This document shows positions 39,489 to 54,205 of a stretch of DNA of 64,000 nt, piece by piece. The notes under the pieces were generated by a model, which was not told where the DNA came from, made no database searches, and was given only the letters and a program-made list of their open reading frames with translations. Location: the NCBI GenBank assembly GCA_964016885.1, contig OZ024742.1, positions 56,854,001 to 56,918,000 on the forward strand. Reading direction: 5' to 3'. Position numbers and translations under genes: made by a program. Numbering within the stretch: the first letter of the stretch is position 1; each line of letters begins with the position of its first letter. Source of the DNA: Eledone cirrhosa (Eukaryota).

Positions 39489-41530
39489 AGGCTGAAAACG
39501 TGCCATTGAGGTTGCATGTACGTGATCTCTCTCGATCTTGCAAAAATAATATCTAAATTTCTTTTAGGTTACGCACTACTGTACGATAAAAGGAAGGACG
39601 CATTCGATAATTTAATCGTTGGTGTATATTATCTACATAAGAAAAAACAGGGTGGTCATGACTGGAATACTTTTGATCATAGGTCTGCTTTAACAACACT
39701 GGTTTTAGGTTAAACCACGCTATTAGCAACATTTACAGTTTATATAACGTCACCTTAATAACATTCAGACTAACTCAATCTACTTAAAATGTTGTTTATA
39801 TAAAATTAATGAGGAGAACTCCCGTATAAAACTGTTCCATTTTAATGAAGGCAATTGATACAAAGGTTGAAAATTGCATAAACGGGATGGCGGAAGCATT
39901 ATATCCAGCTTAGGTAGTCGTTACTATAGTTACAGTTCAAGCAATTACGCTTGATAAAAGCGGAAAATAAGAAGAGAAAAAAATCCACAATGCTGGAACA
40001 TATTTGATAATCAAATAGTCGTTTCTTTAGAGTTATTTAAGATGAATATATGATAAGAGTGATTGAGTGAGTAGAGAAAAAGCAGTAAGATAGACAGAAA
40101 CGTTGATATTATTGTTGAGGGAAAAAGTCAGCAACCCTCCCCAACTGCCAAATTACATAAATCGTTAGATTATGACACGAAATTCTAAAAGGAAATGTTT
40201 TAACAAACATAAAGATAGAGGTGAAAAAAGGTGACTTGAAAATCCTAGATTTAGTTAAACGTTGAATTAACATATAAGCCAATTACTATATGATGTAGAT
40301 AGGGAAAAAACAAGAAAAAAGGAACATACTTTAAATGGTCATGAAATTGAAGGATTTCTCTAGGATTTCTTTATATACAGATACATGGTGTTTGACTTTG
40401 CTAAATGGTAGTGAGATATGATACAGAATGCGTGTGAGATGGAAATAGCATAAGGGGATGAACTTTAGTAGAAGGAAACAAATCAATGGTGACAAAACTA
40501 TAGTATAAAGATAGAAATATGTTATGTAATATAGCCAAAGGTATAAGTTCAAAGCAAAATGGCTTCAATGAAAGAGATATTCTGAGGGATTAACACATTA
40601 TATAAATATTGGCTTGTTCTCTTCAAAGTAGAAGAGGTTCTTGAAGTCTCCGTCTATTTCAAATATTAGCGATGCCAAAAGTTTCCAAAGTTATTATATA
40701 TATGCCCATGACAATGGCAATGAGTCGATAATGTATGTCAGAAGAAAATTTGTTTGTACGCCTTATCTAAATAACATATCGATAGCACGTGCTTTAAATC
40801 AATAACGAAAAGATAAGCTGGAATTGAAGGCTCAAATGATATTTTACGTGGATGCTGTTTGAAATAATTTAATTCCATGAATAAACGAATGGTTATGTAC
40901 TATATATGCGTTTAACTGATTCCGTGGTAGAGGGACGAAAAAACAGCAATAAATAATAGAAGTAAAAAAACTAATTGGTAGTAAATCTACATCATGATTC
41001 GATCTTCTGTGAGCATCACTAAGAGCAGTTAAAAATATTTCCATCCTTAAAACATTAGCGCTTTGTCATTTGACCAGAAAGCAGATTGGGAAATACGTTT
41101 AGATAGAAAACAGCTATCAATTGACAAATCTGTTAGGCGAGATCGTTGAAACCGATAAGAGAAAAACATGTACATCATCTGTATTGATTACTTAGAGCAT
41201 CGAAAGCCACAGGATGTCCAGCATACCAACAATTTGGTTAAAGTAATGTTAAATATGTCAAGATATACAGATTTGGAAGGCCCGTTGTATGTGGGGAATA
41301 TATGCTTTTCAACCTTTTTCTTTAATTCTTTAAACTAATCGCATAAAATCTTATGTAGAGAATTTAGAATAAATAGAACATTCTCTCCTTGTTCTCGTTA
41401 TCTTTTCTTTACGGTCCATTTTATACTGTTTCCTAAAATAAAAAATATCTAAACAATAAAAACTGATCAACTCATTTATCTAAGTTATTCTGAAGATAAA
41501 GATATAAGCTTGTGTACCTATCTATATATA

Positions 41531-41660
41531 TGAAATCAACAACACTACTATGTTTCTGGCATTAAGGCACTTGTATTCCATGATCTCAAATCTTTGATTT
41601 GATATTATGGAATACAAGTGCCTTAATGCAATAAACATAGTAGTGTTGTTGATTTCATAT
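41531..41660. repeat. ~130 bp palindrome next to AT/GA repeats
   Basis: tgaaatcaacaacactactatgttt..cattaaggcacttgtattccat / atggaatacaagtgccttaatg..aaacatagtagtgttgttgatttca. Confidence 0.85.
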
Positions 41661-41670
41661 ATATAGATAG

Positions 41671-41746
<76 letters not shown>

Positions 41747-42327
41747 TATATGTGTGTGTGTCTATATATATATGTGTGTGTGTGTGTGCGTGTGTGTGCG
41801 TGTGTCTGTATGAGTTTATGTGTGTGTATTGAGTTTTAAAAAATAACAGTAGATCTGAAAGGTCTAAAACTTTATTATTCAATTTATCAATGACTGTTTG
41901 ACAGTATATGACATCGTGTAACTAAAGTAGACGTAGAAGATTTGTTAGTAAGATCAAAAAGAAAGATTTTTTTTTTTAAACTATGGAAAATTCATCCTAG
42001 ACCCAATGTTGGACATAAAGAAGTAGCTTTGAGTGTATGCTCCAAAATACTAAGAATCATTGCTCTTTTATTTAGCATACGATTACTGCCAATTTGTATA
42101 AGCAGAATCTTGAAAGTAAGACAGAACATAAAGCGCAATTAGAATGAGTGATGTTATAAACGAATGAAGATAACCTGAAGCATTAAAAATAACAAAAAGA
42201 AAGCTTAAGATGGACGAATTATGGAAATCACCGTGCATAGACTTGAAAGAGGAAAGCAGTAAAATATTTTGACAGCTGGCCAACGAGTATTCGATTCAAA
42301 CGTCTGTCAGCTCTAATACTGTGATCC

Positions 42328-42640
42328 ATGTTGAACGTGTGCTCAGAAAAAAACACATGGTTAACAAGCATGTAGTATATATGTTGGGTGTGTTCATAGA
42401 AAAAACACATGTATTGTAAATGGTTAGCAAACATGTAGTATATATAAGAAGCCTGTGCTAAGACAAGACACATGTACATGGCTAGCAAACATGTAGTATA
42501 TATGTTGAACCTGTGCTAAGAAAAAACGCATGAACTTTACTTGATTAGCAAACATGTTGATATAAACTGGACGTTTGCTGAGAAAAGAAAATGTATTGGA
42601 TATGGTTACCAAATCTGCAGTTTATATGTTGAACTAGAGC
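42328..42640. repeat. Degenerate ~55-65 bp minisatellite
   Basis: Recurring tagcaaacatgtagtatatatgttgaac.tgtgctaagaaaaa. Confidence 0.75.
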
Positions 42641-42770
42641 TGAATAAAAATAAAGTAACCCTGCTCTATATATTGCTAGCAAATGTGCGATAAAAATGCA
42701 GCAATTGAAAAGCAAATATTTCTGATATTCATAAGAATCTAAAACTAAAAATGAATATTATCTTTTAACT

Positions 42771-42880
42771 ACTCAAATCCCGCCGAGATTGACTTTGCCT
42801 TTCATCCTTACGGGGTCGATAAAATAAAGTACCAGTAATGCACTGGTGAATTGCTGGCCTTGTGCCTAAAGTAGAAACAA
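42771..42880 (+). mobile_element. 5'-truncated SINE with ~17 bp TSD
   Basis: Starts inside the B-box; attatctttta(ac/gt)tact at 42757-42773 and 42880-42896. Confidence 0.85.
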
Positions 42881-43311
42881 TTATCTTTTAGTTACTAAAA
42901 CTGGCACCAGTATTTAATCAAAATGTTTCTGTACAAAAGCCAGTATCATCACGGATTCTAAAATAAAGATACTATATGTTCCTCGGAAATATATAAATGT
43001 TTCAGAATAATTTGATACATCAGCCAACTAAAATTTGCTATCAAATAATAATTCCACCGATGTTAAGGAATGTTCTAAAGTAATAGAATAGTCGAAATAC
43101 TGTAAATAATTCAACAGCGTCTTCCAATCTAGTTCAAAGACTACAAAAAAAACGAATAAAACAAATATTAAAATAACAGAAATGTGTTTTGATTAGATTT
43201 ACTGGCACCCATTTGAGAATAGTTTTGGTAGATATTTTCACACCTGATGAAAATTAAATTTATTTGTATTTTCCAGTAGTCAAAATACACACTATATCTA
43301 CAAAAATTAGA

Positions 43312-43351
<40 letters not shown>

Positions 43352-43374
43352 TTAATAATAATAATAATAATAAC

Positions 43375-43700
43375 TTGGGGGAATTGTTAGAGATTCAGTA
43401 GAGAAAAGTGTATATTTGGTTTAGAAAAATATGCCAAAGAAATATTTAAGAGATGGAATTTTTTTAAATATGTCAGATAAAGAAAGAGAGATAAAAGAAT
43501 TGGGACAAAGATAACGTTACAAATACTTAAGAATTAATAAACAAAGCAAAGTAAAACTCGTACAAATGAAAGAAAAGTTTAGAAAAGAATATTTCAATGT
43601 ATTTGATTAATATTTAAAATTGAGAGAAGAGCCAAACATAAGATAATAAGTATCAGTACTATAACTTCCGATTATACGGTATAATTATAATAATATCACT
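43375..43700 (+). mobile_element. Degraded R4/Dong-like RT fragment following (AAT)n
   Basis: Traces of FGLEKYAK, YKYL and MKEKFRKEYF, resembling the element at 50200-51650. Confidence 0.5.
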
Positions 43701-43934
43701 GACAGATATGTGAATTATATAGTAAATTATTCACTGAATTTAGAATACACCGGAAAAAACACTAAATACAGAGTTTATATGTGCTACGAACACAAGGAGT
43801 TAGGGGTCTTCTGCAACTATAAAACAATTATATTTCTATTATGGTTTTTTAAAGTATATCTAGCGAAGGATATAATGTCAGTAGATAGAAAATATAAAAC
43901 AAGAATTATTTCTCTCTTCCTAAAGGCGCACACG

Positions 43935-44185
43935 TAACAGATACTGGGGTGACAAAGACTGGTGTAACAGGCAGGAGTTGCATGGAGATTGGGGTAACAA
44001 AGAGCCAGGGATATAGAAACTGGAGTAACAGAGGCTGGAGTAACAGCAACTGACGTAACATAGAGATTGCGGTATGGCGACTGGGATAACAGAAACTAAG
44101 GTAACAGAAACTAGGGTAAGAGAGACTGAGGTTACAGAGATTAGTATATAGAGACCAGGGTAACTCAGAGACTGGGGTAAGAGAG
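43935..44185. repeat. ~16 bp minisatellite (actggggtaacagag)
   Basis: Direct inspection. Confidence 0.8.
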
Positions 44186-45706
44186 CTGTCCAGGGAATGG
44201 GAAATAATAACTAAGATTCTTAAAAATAAAACGGAATTAATCTAAATATATAAATAGGAATACAAAATGTGTAAAACGAAAACTTTCAGCTTTGACTTGA
44301 GAAAGCCAAGACCCAAAGTTGTAACCAAAACAAGGTTTATAAGCTGGCATTACAGAGCTGGAAGTGTCATATATTGCACACTAAAACCAGTATTATGAAA
44401 TATGGAGAGACACAAGCTTGTACGACATATCACAAACGAATTCAAATAAAGGCAATAACGGCAAAGTAAACCTACTCTAGGATATGTCGATATACAAAGA
44501 GGGATATTAAAGTAATATAATCGATATTATTGTCATTGACACAATATTTTCCACGGGATCGATGTATACATTCCTAGAACCGACAATACATTTCTGAAGG
44601 TAATTCTAAGTAACGACAACTTATCTCTAAAAGTAATGGAAACGTTATCTAAATACAAAGATCTACAAAGGATGTGGTCATTGTAAATCGAATAGAAACT
44701 ATCCCATAACAATGGCTTCCTATGCAACAACAATAATAATAAAAATATGCTGACAAATATATAAGGAAAATGCCAGGAATTACACATAAACACGGGATAA
44801 AGAAAACAGCACTACTAAGCAGATGTTGCTTATATATTACGTAGGGTACTGTCAATGCAAATGGAAACCCACAAACACAAAACAGCACATTGTACGTAAC
44901 AAATACACATGGAGCTGTTCACGGCTGTAGTGACAACACAATACTGATAAGATTACACTGAAAAAAACAAGGATAAAATATCATATGGGCTATTAACGCA
45001 TTTGAAGTAGTAAATATAACATAAAGTTTTGTAGTGATCCATTGAAGTGATCCATTGCATCACACTTGAATCCTATAAACTCGAATGTTAAGAATCTTCT
45101 AGAAAAAATACCATATTACACAGTATCGTCTGAAGTCCTACCACTGTGTATTCCACGAAGATAAATCATACACTACTGTCTGAAGTCCTACCACTATAAG
45201 GTCCATCACATATTGCACACTACAATATAGTCCTACCACTACGCATTCTACGACGTTAGGGTAGTGGTAAGATACTATTGAGTATTTAGGAATAGTTTGA
45301 GAGGTAGTTACCAATTTCACTTTGTTGTCGCCAATGATAAGAATGAAGGTGGGCGATCTAGAAATCCGAATTTCACTGAAGGTCAGCACATATATCGATA
45401 CAGATATCTATATCGATACAGAAATCTGTGTTCAGATGATTTTGATATATGCTCCTCCAAGACATCCATTTCTCTTTTACTGGAGTTACTTTTTCTATTT
45501 TCTTTTACTGGAGTTACTTATACTCTATCAACTGTGGGTTAGTTCAATTTTGAAGAGTTTGTTGTTTATATATGCATGAATTTTAAACTGGGATCATATC
45601 ACAGTTTCCTCAGTATTCCACAGTTTACGAGTGCTATATACACGTATTTCAGAATTATTTTTCATCGTCAGTAGTGTTAGTGCTATTGCTAGTTAATTCT
45701 AACCTA

Positions 45707-45990
45707 TGAAGCCTAGTGATTAGGGTGTTGGACTTACTATCATATTGTCATCGGTTCGGTTCCTGGACCAGGTTGTGTGTTGTGTTCTTGATTACTTTAT
45801 TTCACGCTGTTCCAGTCCAGTCACCTAGAAATGAGTACCAATATTAACAAGGAGTTAACCCTGCTATGGACAGGCGTCCTGTCCAGGAAGGGAACTATTG
45901 TACTCTGAGTTGCTTAACGCCAAGGAAACCGAGATAAGAACCGGCCTGATAGGCCTCCGGGCTTGAGACAGACTTTAACTTTTAACTTAT
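45707..45990 (+). mobile_element. tRNA-derived SINE, second family
   Basis: A-box-like gcctagtgatt, B-box-like ggttcggttcc, body tgtgttcttga..., tail actttaacttttaactt. Confidence 0.7.
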
Positions 45991-46729
45991 TGAGCTTGCA
46001 GTATATGTAAATATGCTTTCATCAAAAATAGTTTTCTATATCTCTGTATCTCGACGTAATAAGTGTCTGTAAATGATGGATGATCCTAGAGTAGCTGTGA
46101 CATGATTAAAATACAGTGCTACTGTATGTGTATGAATTAGACATGAACATATTTTATGTGTCTATATACGCCTTTATTAATATATACAAAATTTCAAACT
46201 TTCACACAGGAGAGCAAATGTGTGTTTAAATGTCTTTCCTAAGTGTCAGTTCAGTAGCTATGGAGATGAAATGAAATAATCACGTTACGACAGCTATCTT
46301 AAGCTGTATAGGGAATGGTAAAGTAAAAGGTGAAAAGAGATGAATATAAGATTTAGAGAGACATTTAAAAAAGGAAAGAGCGAGAAAGAGAGAGAGAGAG
46401 GGGGGGGGATCAAAATAAAAAAGAAAGGAAGAATATGAGAGGAAAAGAAATGAAGAAAGAGCCAAGACTGAGATTTAATCAATGAACGAGGTTTAGCTTG
46501 TTTTCTTGCTTTTTTTTTCGACCTTGGACGGCGTTGCACTGATGAATTTGTCAGTAATTACTCCGTAAATCGTGAGAGGAAACGCGACGTAATATTTGAA
46601 AAATCAATTTGTGGAACAGCTTTGCTAGAGGAAAGCTACATCTTGAAGTTTTCTTAGCACCTTTTAATTGATTATTTAAAGGTTAACTTACCACACTACT
46701 TCTACCAACTCATGTTTATTTATTCATTT

Positions 46730-46973
46730 ATGTTGGTGTTGTTGTTGTTGTTGTTGTTGTTGTAGTTACTGTTGTTGTAATTATTGTTGTTTTTGCTATA
46801 GTTGTTTTTCTTGTTCTAGCAGTTGTTGTTATTATTATTATTATTGTAGATGTTATTGTTGTTGTAGTTGAAGTGGCTGTACTTTTAGTTGTTGTAGTTG
46901 CTATAGTTGTTTTAGTTGTAGTTGCTATAGTTGTTTTAGTTGTAGTTGTCATTGTTATTGTTGTTGTAGTTGA

Positions 46974-47019
<46 letters not shown>

Positions 47020-48941
47020 ATTGTTGTTATTGTTGTTTTAGTTGTAGTTGATATTGTTGTTGTTCTCGAATGTTTGTATTGTTTAATTTTCTATTTTCCT
47101 TTTATATTTTAAGTTGTTTTTTTTTTCATTTTTTTTTACTTCGTCATCCTTCTCTTCTCGCTCTTCTTCTTCCTCTTCTTCTTCTTCCTTTTCTCCTTTT
47201 TCACCTCCAGCCTCATCTTCTTACAAATAATAAATCAAAACAGGAAAGGTTCAATGAGTGGGGGGGAGGGTGATGGGGTTGATGGGAGTAGGGGAGTAGA
47301 TGTTGGGGAGGTTTTAAATAAATTGATAAATGAAGGGGCAAATAAATCAATTTATTAATTAATGCTGGAAGGTGGGTGGCATGGATGATAGTGGTAGCAA
47401 GGGTGATGGTGGTGGTGATGATTGTGGGGGTGGTCGTTGTCGTGGTGGCAATGGTGGTGGTGGTGTGGTGGTCGTGGTGGTCTGTGGTGGTCGTAGTTGA
47501 CATAATATAGTGTTAATGATGAAGGTGCTGTTGGTGCTAGGGGTGGTGATGGTGATGGTAGTGGTGGTGATAGTGGTGGTGGTAGTGGTGGTGGTGGTGG
47601 TAGTGGTGTTGGTGGTGGTGGTGGCTGATATAATATAGTGTTAATGATGAAGGTGCTGTTGGTGATAGGGGTGGTGATGGTGGTGGTGGTGGTGGTGATA
47701 ATGGTAGTGGTGGTGGTGGTAAGGCTGGTGGTAACGATGATCGTGGCTGTGATGGTAGTGGTAGTACTGGTGGTGTTAGTGCTGGTGGTGGTAGTGCTGG
47801 TGGTATTGGTAGTAGGGATGGTGATGATGGTGACGATAATGTTGGCTGTGAAGGTTAATGAGAGGTGGTGGTAATGGTCACGATGATGGTGGCTGTAATG
47901 GTGATGATGGTGGTGTTCGTGGTGATGATGGTGTAGTGGTGCTAAGGGTAGTGGTGGAACAGAGATGGTGGTATAGCTGCTTGTGTTGGTGAAGGCGATG
48001 GTGTTGATGATGGTTTATGAGACGTTGAGGCGGTGGTGTTGGTGCCGATGAGGGTGGGTCTGATGGTTTATGAGATGTGGTGGTGTGGTGGTGGGGGCGG
48101 GATTGATTGCGGTGGTATTGCTGATGGTGTTCGTGACATCGATGGTGGTGGTGATGGTTTATGTGAGTTGGTATTGTTGGTGGTGATATTTGTGGTAGTG
48201 CTGACGGTGCTGGGGATGACGATGGTAGCGGTGATAGTTAATGAGAGATGGTGGAGGTGGTGTTGGTGATGGTATTGCTAATGGTAATGGTGTTGGTGGT
48301 GGTAGTGGTAATACTGGTGGTGCGAGTGATGACGATGGTGGCTGCAGTGGTTTATGAGAGGTGGTGGTGATGGTTATGACGATTGTGGCTGTGATGGTGG
48401 TGTTGGTCGTGGTGGTGGTGGTGTTGATGGTGACACTGAAGTGGTGATTGTGGCGGCGGCGGTGGTGGTGACGGCGGCGGCAATGGTGATGGTGTGTCTG
48501 TGGTGTTAGTAGTGTTAATGTTGTTGGTAGAACTGAAGGTGTATGTGACGACAATGGTGACGGTGATGGTTTATGAAAGTTGATGCTTGCAGAGGTGTTA
48601 GTGGTGGTAGTGATGGCGATGACGGCGATGACGATGGTAGTGTTGATGGTTTATGAGAGATGGTAGTATGATGGTGTCTGTGATTGCTTATGAGAAATGA
48701 AGGTGGTGAAGGTGGTAGTGGTATTTGTGGTGGCGTTGGTGACGACACCACATGGCGGTATTTGTTTATGAGAGATGGAGGCGGTTGTGTTGATTCGATG
48801 TTGGTGTTGAATGTCATAATGTCAACGACACACAAAGTAGGAGGAAGGGTGAGAAGATGGATAAATTTTCTGGCATTAATTGAGAGGCTGACGATGATGA
48901 TGATGGTGGAGATAACAGTATTAGTAACAATGGTGGTGATG

Positions 48942-48979
<38 letters not shown>

Positions 48980-49041
48980 GAATTTATGATATGTGAGTGT
49001 ATATATATATATGTGTAGATATATATATATGTATATATATG

Positions 49042-49136
<95 letters not shown>

Positions 49137-49139
49137 TAT

Positions 49140-49206
<67 letters not shown>

Positions 49207-49222
49207 CATATATATATATACA

Positions 49223-49264
<42 letters not shown>

Positions 49265-49310
49265 AATCATGTACACATTTATACAGATATACATATACAT
49301 ATACACGTGT
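46730..49310. repeat. (GTT)n, (GGT/GAT)n and (AT)n low-complexity tracts
   Basis: Direct inspection; poly-V/T/H ORFs are artefacts. Confidence 0.9.
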
Positions 49311-49489
49311 GTATGCGCAGCTATAGTTAATCCCAAGAGATGGAATCGCAAATAGCTTAAGCTACAAACAAGGGTCCTAACTTGTGTCTTTCTACTATAT
49401 AAGGAGGACCATGTGATCAGATGATAGCAATAATGACACAGATAATTTAACTCACTGCGCACAATGTTACTGAACAACAATATAATAAA

Positions 49490-49715
49490 AATAATGATTT
49501 CTACTATAGGCACAAGGCCAGCAATCTGAAGGGGAGGGGAAAGTCGATTAAATCGACCCCACTGCGCGACTGGTACTTTATTTTATCGACCTCGTAAGGA
49601 TGAAAAGCAAAGCTAAGCTCGGTGGGCTTTGAACTCAGAACGTAAAGGGCCGTAACTCTATGCTGCAAAACATGGTATCTTACCCTCTACCGATACTGAC
49701 AATCCATCGGCCTAA
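49490..49715 (-). mobile_element. SINE, main family
   Basis: Full unit similar to 4091-4312. Confidence 0.88.
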
Positions 49716-49731
49716 TAATGATAATATTAAT

Positions 49732-49985
49732 CATTTCTTTATTGGCCACAAGAGCCGACATATATGAGACAATAAAATAGACGGGGTTAGTGGGTTTTAC
49801 ATAAAAATTGAGTAATCAATATAAAAAACAATAAAAATGAACAAGTAAAATACAACAATGAAAATTTCCCAATAGGGGGGGTAACCACCCAGGGGTAATT
49901 CAGGTACCCCACCATCCTGAACCAATTCGAGGCTACCCGGGAAGTGCACCCCGCTCCTCTTCAAATTAGCCAGCCTACGGGCGCA
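49732..49985 (-). mobile_element. 3' UTR fragment of a Tx1-clade LINE (copy F) ending in an ATT-rich tract
   Basis: Shares ccctattggg, tatgtaaa and gtggYYaataaagaaat with the 3' UTRs of copies A, C and D. Confidence 0.75.
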
Positions 49986-50199
49986 TATTGAGATAAATAA
50001 CATTTGGGGTAAAGATACGGTCGTTGAGAAAATGATTTTGTTGATATTCTGAATTTAATGGTGGATTAAATGGATTATTATTGTGGAAAACCTTTAATTT
50101 ATAAAATGAAGAAGTTAAAAGGATCGACGGCTAACGTAAACCGGGTCGTCCCATAGCTTGAGGCGCATAATCTTCACCAATGCAACAATATCTTCAAAG

Positions 50200-51650
50200 C
50201 AGCCGTAAGTGTGGTGAAAAAATTGCTTAGTATCAAAACGGGGGTAACAGACGAGAGAAGACAGAACCTTGGTGGAAGAAGCGGTTGAATGGTCAAATCA
50301 AGGAAATAAGAAAGGACATTGGGAAAACTTGAGTCTTTGTTTAAACGGAACATAACAAAACGTAGATACTAAGGATAGATGGACAAGGAAATACAATACA
50401 AAAGGGTATATGGCTAAATGCTGTAATCGACTTTCGTCAAATCGGACCCTGGAAACAATGTTTCCATTGGTCTTTCTAATTGCTAATACTCTCTATCGGT
50501 CGCAACTCTAGGTAGAAGGAGCAACGTGAAATATAGTGTCTTGCCCAAGAACATAACGCATCGCCCGGTCCGGGAATCGAACTCACATCCTCACGATTGC
50601 GAATCCAATTCTCTAACCACTCAGTCCCGCGCCTTCACTCAAGAGGAACTAAAACAACCTGCCATTCAGCAGCCTAAACAATCTCAACTTAATTTCCCTG
50701 TTCCTGGTTTCTATTCACCCGGTGATCGATAAAACAGTTTTGGGGCATTGTAAAAAGCATCATACCAACATATCTATGGCATGGATTAACTTTAAGAAAG
50801 CAAATGGTATGGTATTCTTGAATTGGCAGATGTTTGATATTGCTGACATCACAAATTGTCTTTTAAATAGTATGCTAGAGTGGAAGACCAAGTTGTACTC
50901 GAGCAATGTATTTCTTGGAGAAGTAGAAATTAAAAGGGGGTATCTTTCAAGGAGACTAATTTTCACCACTACTATTTATGGTTGCTATTATAACTAGAAT
51001 ACTGACACTTAGGTAAGTTAAAATGGGTTACCAATATTTAAAAAAAGAACCATTCATAGACCATCTTATGTTTATGACCTGAAACCGTTTGGGAAGTCTG
51101 AAAACTAGATACATTCTTTGGTTAAAACAGTCCAGATATGTAGCAGTGACATCGGTATGGAATTTGAGATTTCCAAATGCTCTGTGCTCAATATGAAAAA
51201 AAGGAACAAAACAACCTGTACTGGATTAAAGCTGCCGTCAGGAGAAACCATGGTGGGGACGAGGAAGATAATGAATATAAATAACTAGGAATTTTAGAAC
51301 TGGACGACATTTTGCATGCAGAAACAAGAGAAAGGTGTAGAAAGACATATTTAAAAAGCGTAAAAATTATTTTAAAATCCAACCTGAATGTAAAAAATAG
51401 TCGCTGCAATGAATATCTGAACAGTTGCAATGGATAGATATAATGCGTCCATTCTCGGTTGGACTGAAGGAGGAACATCAAATTGGATATAAAAACAAGA
51501 GGTTTTAATGACATTGTACGAAGCTTTACACCCTAAAAGAAATATAAACATATTGTACATGGAGAAAGATTGATGGTATAGATCTCATCAGTGTTGATTA
51601 TTGTATAAGGAGTGAAAGGAAAAAGCATATAATTGCTCTTGTAATAAATT
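50200..51650 (+). mobile_element. Degraded R4/Dong-like non-LTR retrotransposon RT region
   Basis: EPWWKKRLNGQIKEIRKDI; ISMAWINFKKA; EIKRG; SDIGMEFEISKCSVL; YK*LGILELD; ALHPK. Confidence 0.75.
50445..50640 (-). mobile_element. tRNA-derived SINE, second family, inserted in the Dong-like relic
   Basis: Minus strand agtggttagag...gagttcgattcccggaccggg...gttcttgggcaagacact. Confidence 0.8.
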
Positions 51651-51800
51651 CTGTGAAAAACTTTACAAAACTTCTGACACCCAGAAATGCTGAGTTTGTA
51701 TGGAGTCCCATCAGATGGAATTTAACTGTAACTAAAATGTCCAGCTATGCCTTCTTGATGTGGCTTGGGAAATACATTATGTGTACACGTGTTTGTGGAA

Positions 51801-51834
<34 letters not shown>

Positions 51835-51867
51835 GAGAGAGGGCGTGCTCGAGAAAGACATGACTTA

Positions 51868-52010
51868 ATTAAGATTCCTGATTTAGGCACAAGACCAACA
51901 ATATTGGGGAAGGGAAAGTCGATTAAACCGACCCCAGTACGTTACTTAGTACATTATTTTATCGACCCTGTAAGAATGACATGCAAAGCTAACCTCGGCC
52001 GGATTTGATA
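51868..52010 (-). mobile_element. SINE, main family, 5'-truncated
   Basis: ggcacaag...gtcgattaaa..gaccccagt...aacctcggc.ggatttga. Confidence 0.8.
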
Positions 52011-52603
52011 ATAATGATTACATTTAATGGAAGTTCGCAGAGATACGTTTTCATAATTACGATTATGTTCATGAAATCATTTTAAAATATTTGAATATTC
52101 ATATATCTATTTATTTGATTTATGCTTTCATTTTGATATACTCCTGCTCGTTAAGGTCTTCGTTTACAAAATACTTTCGATCTGTATTTGTAGAAGGCTA
52201 AATTTAAATTTGGAGATGTTTTCAACATCTTTGCCGATTCGATATTGATAATGAATGATATCTATCAGGATATCATAGATTTTATACTTGAACCTAATGC
52301 CATATGCATATATGTGAATTGATGAAAATAAAACAGAAACAAATTATTTTTTTTAATTTAATCAGCTTAATCAGAATTTACATTTTTGCAAACTTATCTC
52401 TGCTAAATTTCATGAAAGAATATGAATACTTAATAAAGTTATAAGACCAAAAGAGAGGACTTGGAGCACTGAATTGCAACTACCTAACTAATAATTTTAT
52501 ACACATATATGTATATGTATGCATATATATATAAATATGTATTTGTGTGCGTGTGTATAGATAAATATACATATATATATATATATATACATATACACAC
52601 ACT

Positions 52604-53072
<469 letters not shown>

Positions 53073-53244
53073 ACATATATACGGGGAAGCATTGTAGCAA
53101 CTTGCTGCTTCGTCCGTCTGAGTGAAAAACATAAACACACTCTTTTTCCGGTCTGTTTTGTTTTGCTTTTTTCTGTGTTTTTTTCTCTGTTTGATTCCTT
53201 AAAGTTTACCATCATTCCATTGATATACACCTATTACGCAATTT

Positions 53245-53302
53245 ACACCTGAAGAAGTCACTAGGTTCATACGCAACCTGGCTACTGAAATGTGCATAGT
53301 GT
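53245..53302 (+). ncRNA. Minimal type I hammerhead in an (AT)n-flanked ~290 bp insert
   Basis: acac CTGAAGA agt..ctaggtt(loop)aacctgg..act GAA ATGTGCAT A gtgt; AATAAA at 53310. Confidence 0.75.
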
Positions 53303-53566
53303 TTGCAGAAATAAATAAGTGAAGAAATTCAACATATTTGGCCACCTGTCATTTCACTTTAAAAAAGTTTATATATATATATAATTGAACAAAAAGGAAA
53401 AACGAACACAGACACATATATATATATATGTGTTCAAATCGTAATGGACCAAAATCGCTAAGGTGGAAAAAAAAATAAATACTAACTACAGACAATAGGG
53501 TTTGCTAGACTCAATTTAAGAATAAATTAAGAAAAATAACTACAAACCAGTATTGTGGTAACTACT

Positions 53567-53651
53567 ATCACCCAGACGGTCTTTGATAGAACCGTTTCGT
53601 AATATTATTTGTGAAGAGATATACTAAATTCCAGGCTCATCAGTGGGTGAT
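53567..53651 (-). ncRNA. Canonical type I hammerhead, intact core
   Basis: atcaccca CTGATGA G...C GAA ACGGT(loop)ACCGT C tgggtgat; 8 bp stem I, 5 bp stem III, GUC triplet. Confidence 0.85.
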
Positions 53652-53866
53652 GAAATTAGTATTCTCCTCACTTCTAAGTCTAATAGAAAACTGGAAAATG
53701 TGTGTATATATATATAACGTACATGGTTCCCGTGTAGACCCGGCTGCTATTTTTAGTGGCGTACGTATGCGCGACACGCTAAGTTCGGGAACCATGTGCG
53801 TTATATATTTATACACACATTTTCCAGTTTTCTATTTGACTTAGAAGTGAGGAGGATACTAATTTC

Positions 53867-53951
53867 ATCACCCACTGATGAGCTTGGAATTTAGTATATC
53901 TCTTCACAAATAATATTGCGGAACGGTTCTATCAAAGACCGTCTGGGTGAT
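53867..53951 (+). ncRNA. Mirror hammerhead copy with GAAA>GGAA change
   Basis: atcaccca CTGATGA GC...GC GGA ACGGT..ACCGT C tgggtgat. Confidence 0.75.
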
Positions 53952-54205
53952 AGTAGTTACCACAATACTGGTTTGTATTCATTTTTCTTAATTTATTCTT
54001 AAATTGAGTCTAGCAAACCCTATTGTCTGTACTTAGTATTTTTTTCACCTTAGCGATTTTGGTCCATTACGATTCGAACACACATATATATATATCTGTG
54101 TTCGTTTTTCCTTTTTGTTCAGTTATATACGGCTCGGAAAAATCTTTTTCCTATAGCTAATTTACTGAAATGAGACTATTTTGAGTTTCGAACTCAATAC
54201 ATGCT

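Noticed and set aside
45297-45390. Possible host exon
   Set aside because: No recognisable domain, convincing splice pair or neighbouring exons.
46460-46690. Unique-looking island with TAAT motifs (possible enhancer)
   Set aside because: Cannot be supported without cross-species conservation or chromatin data.
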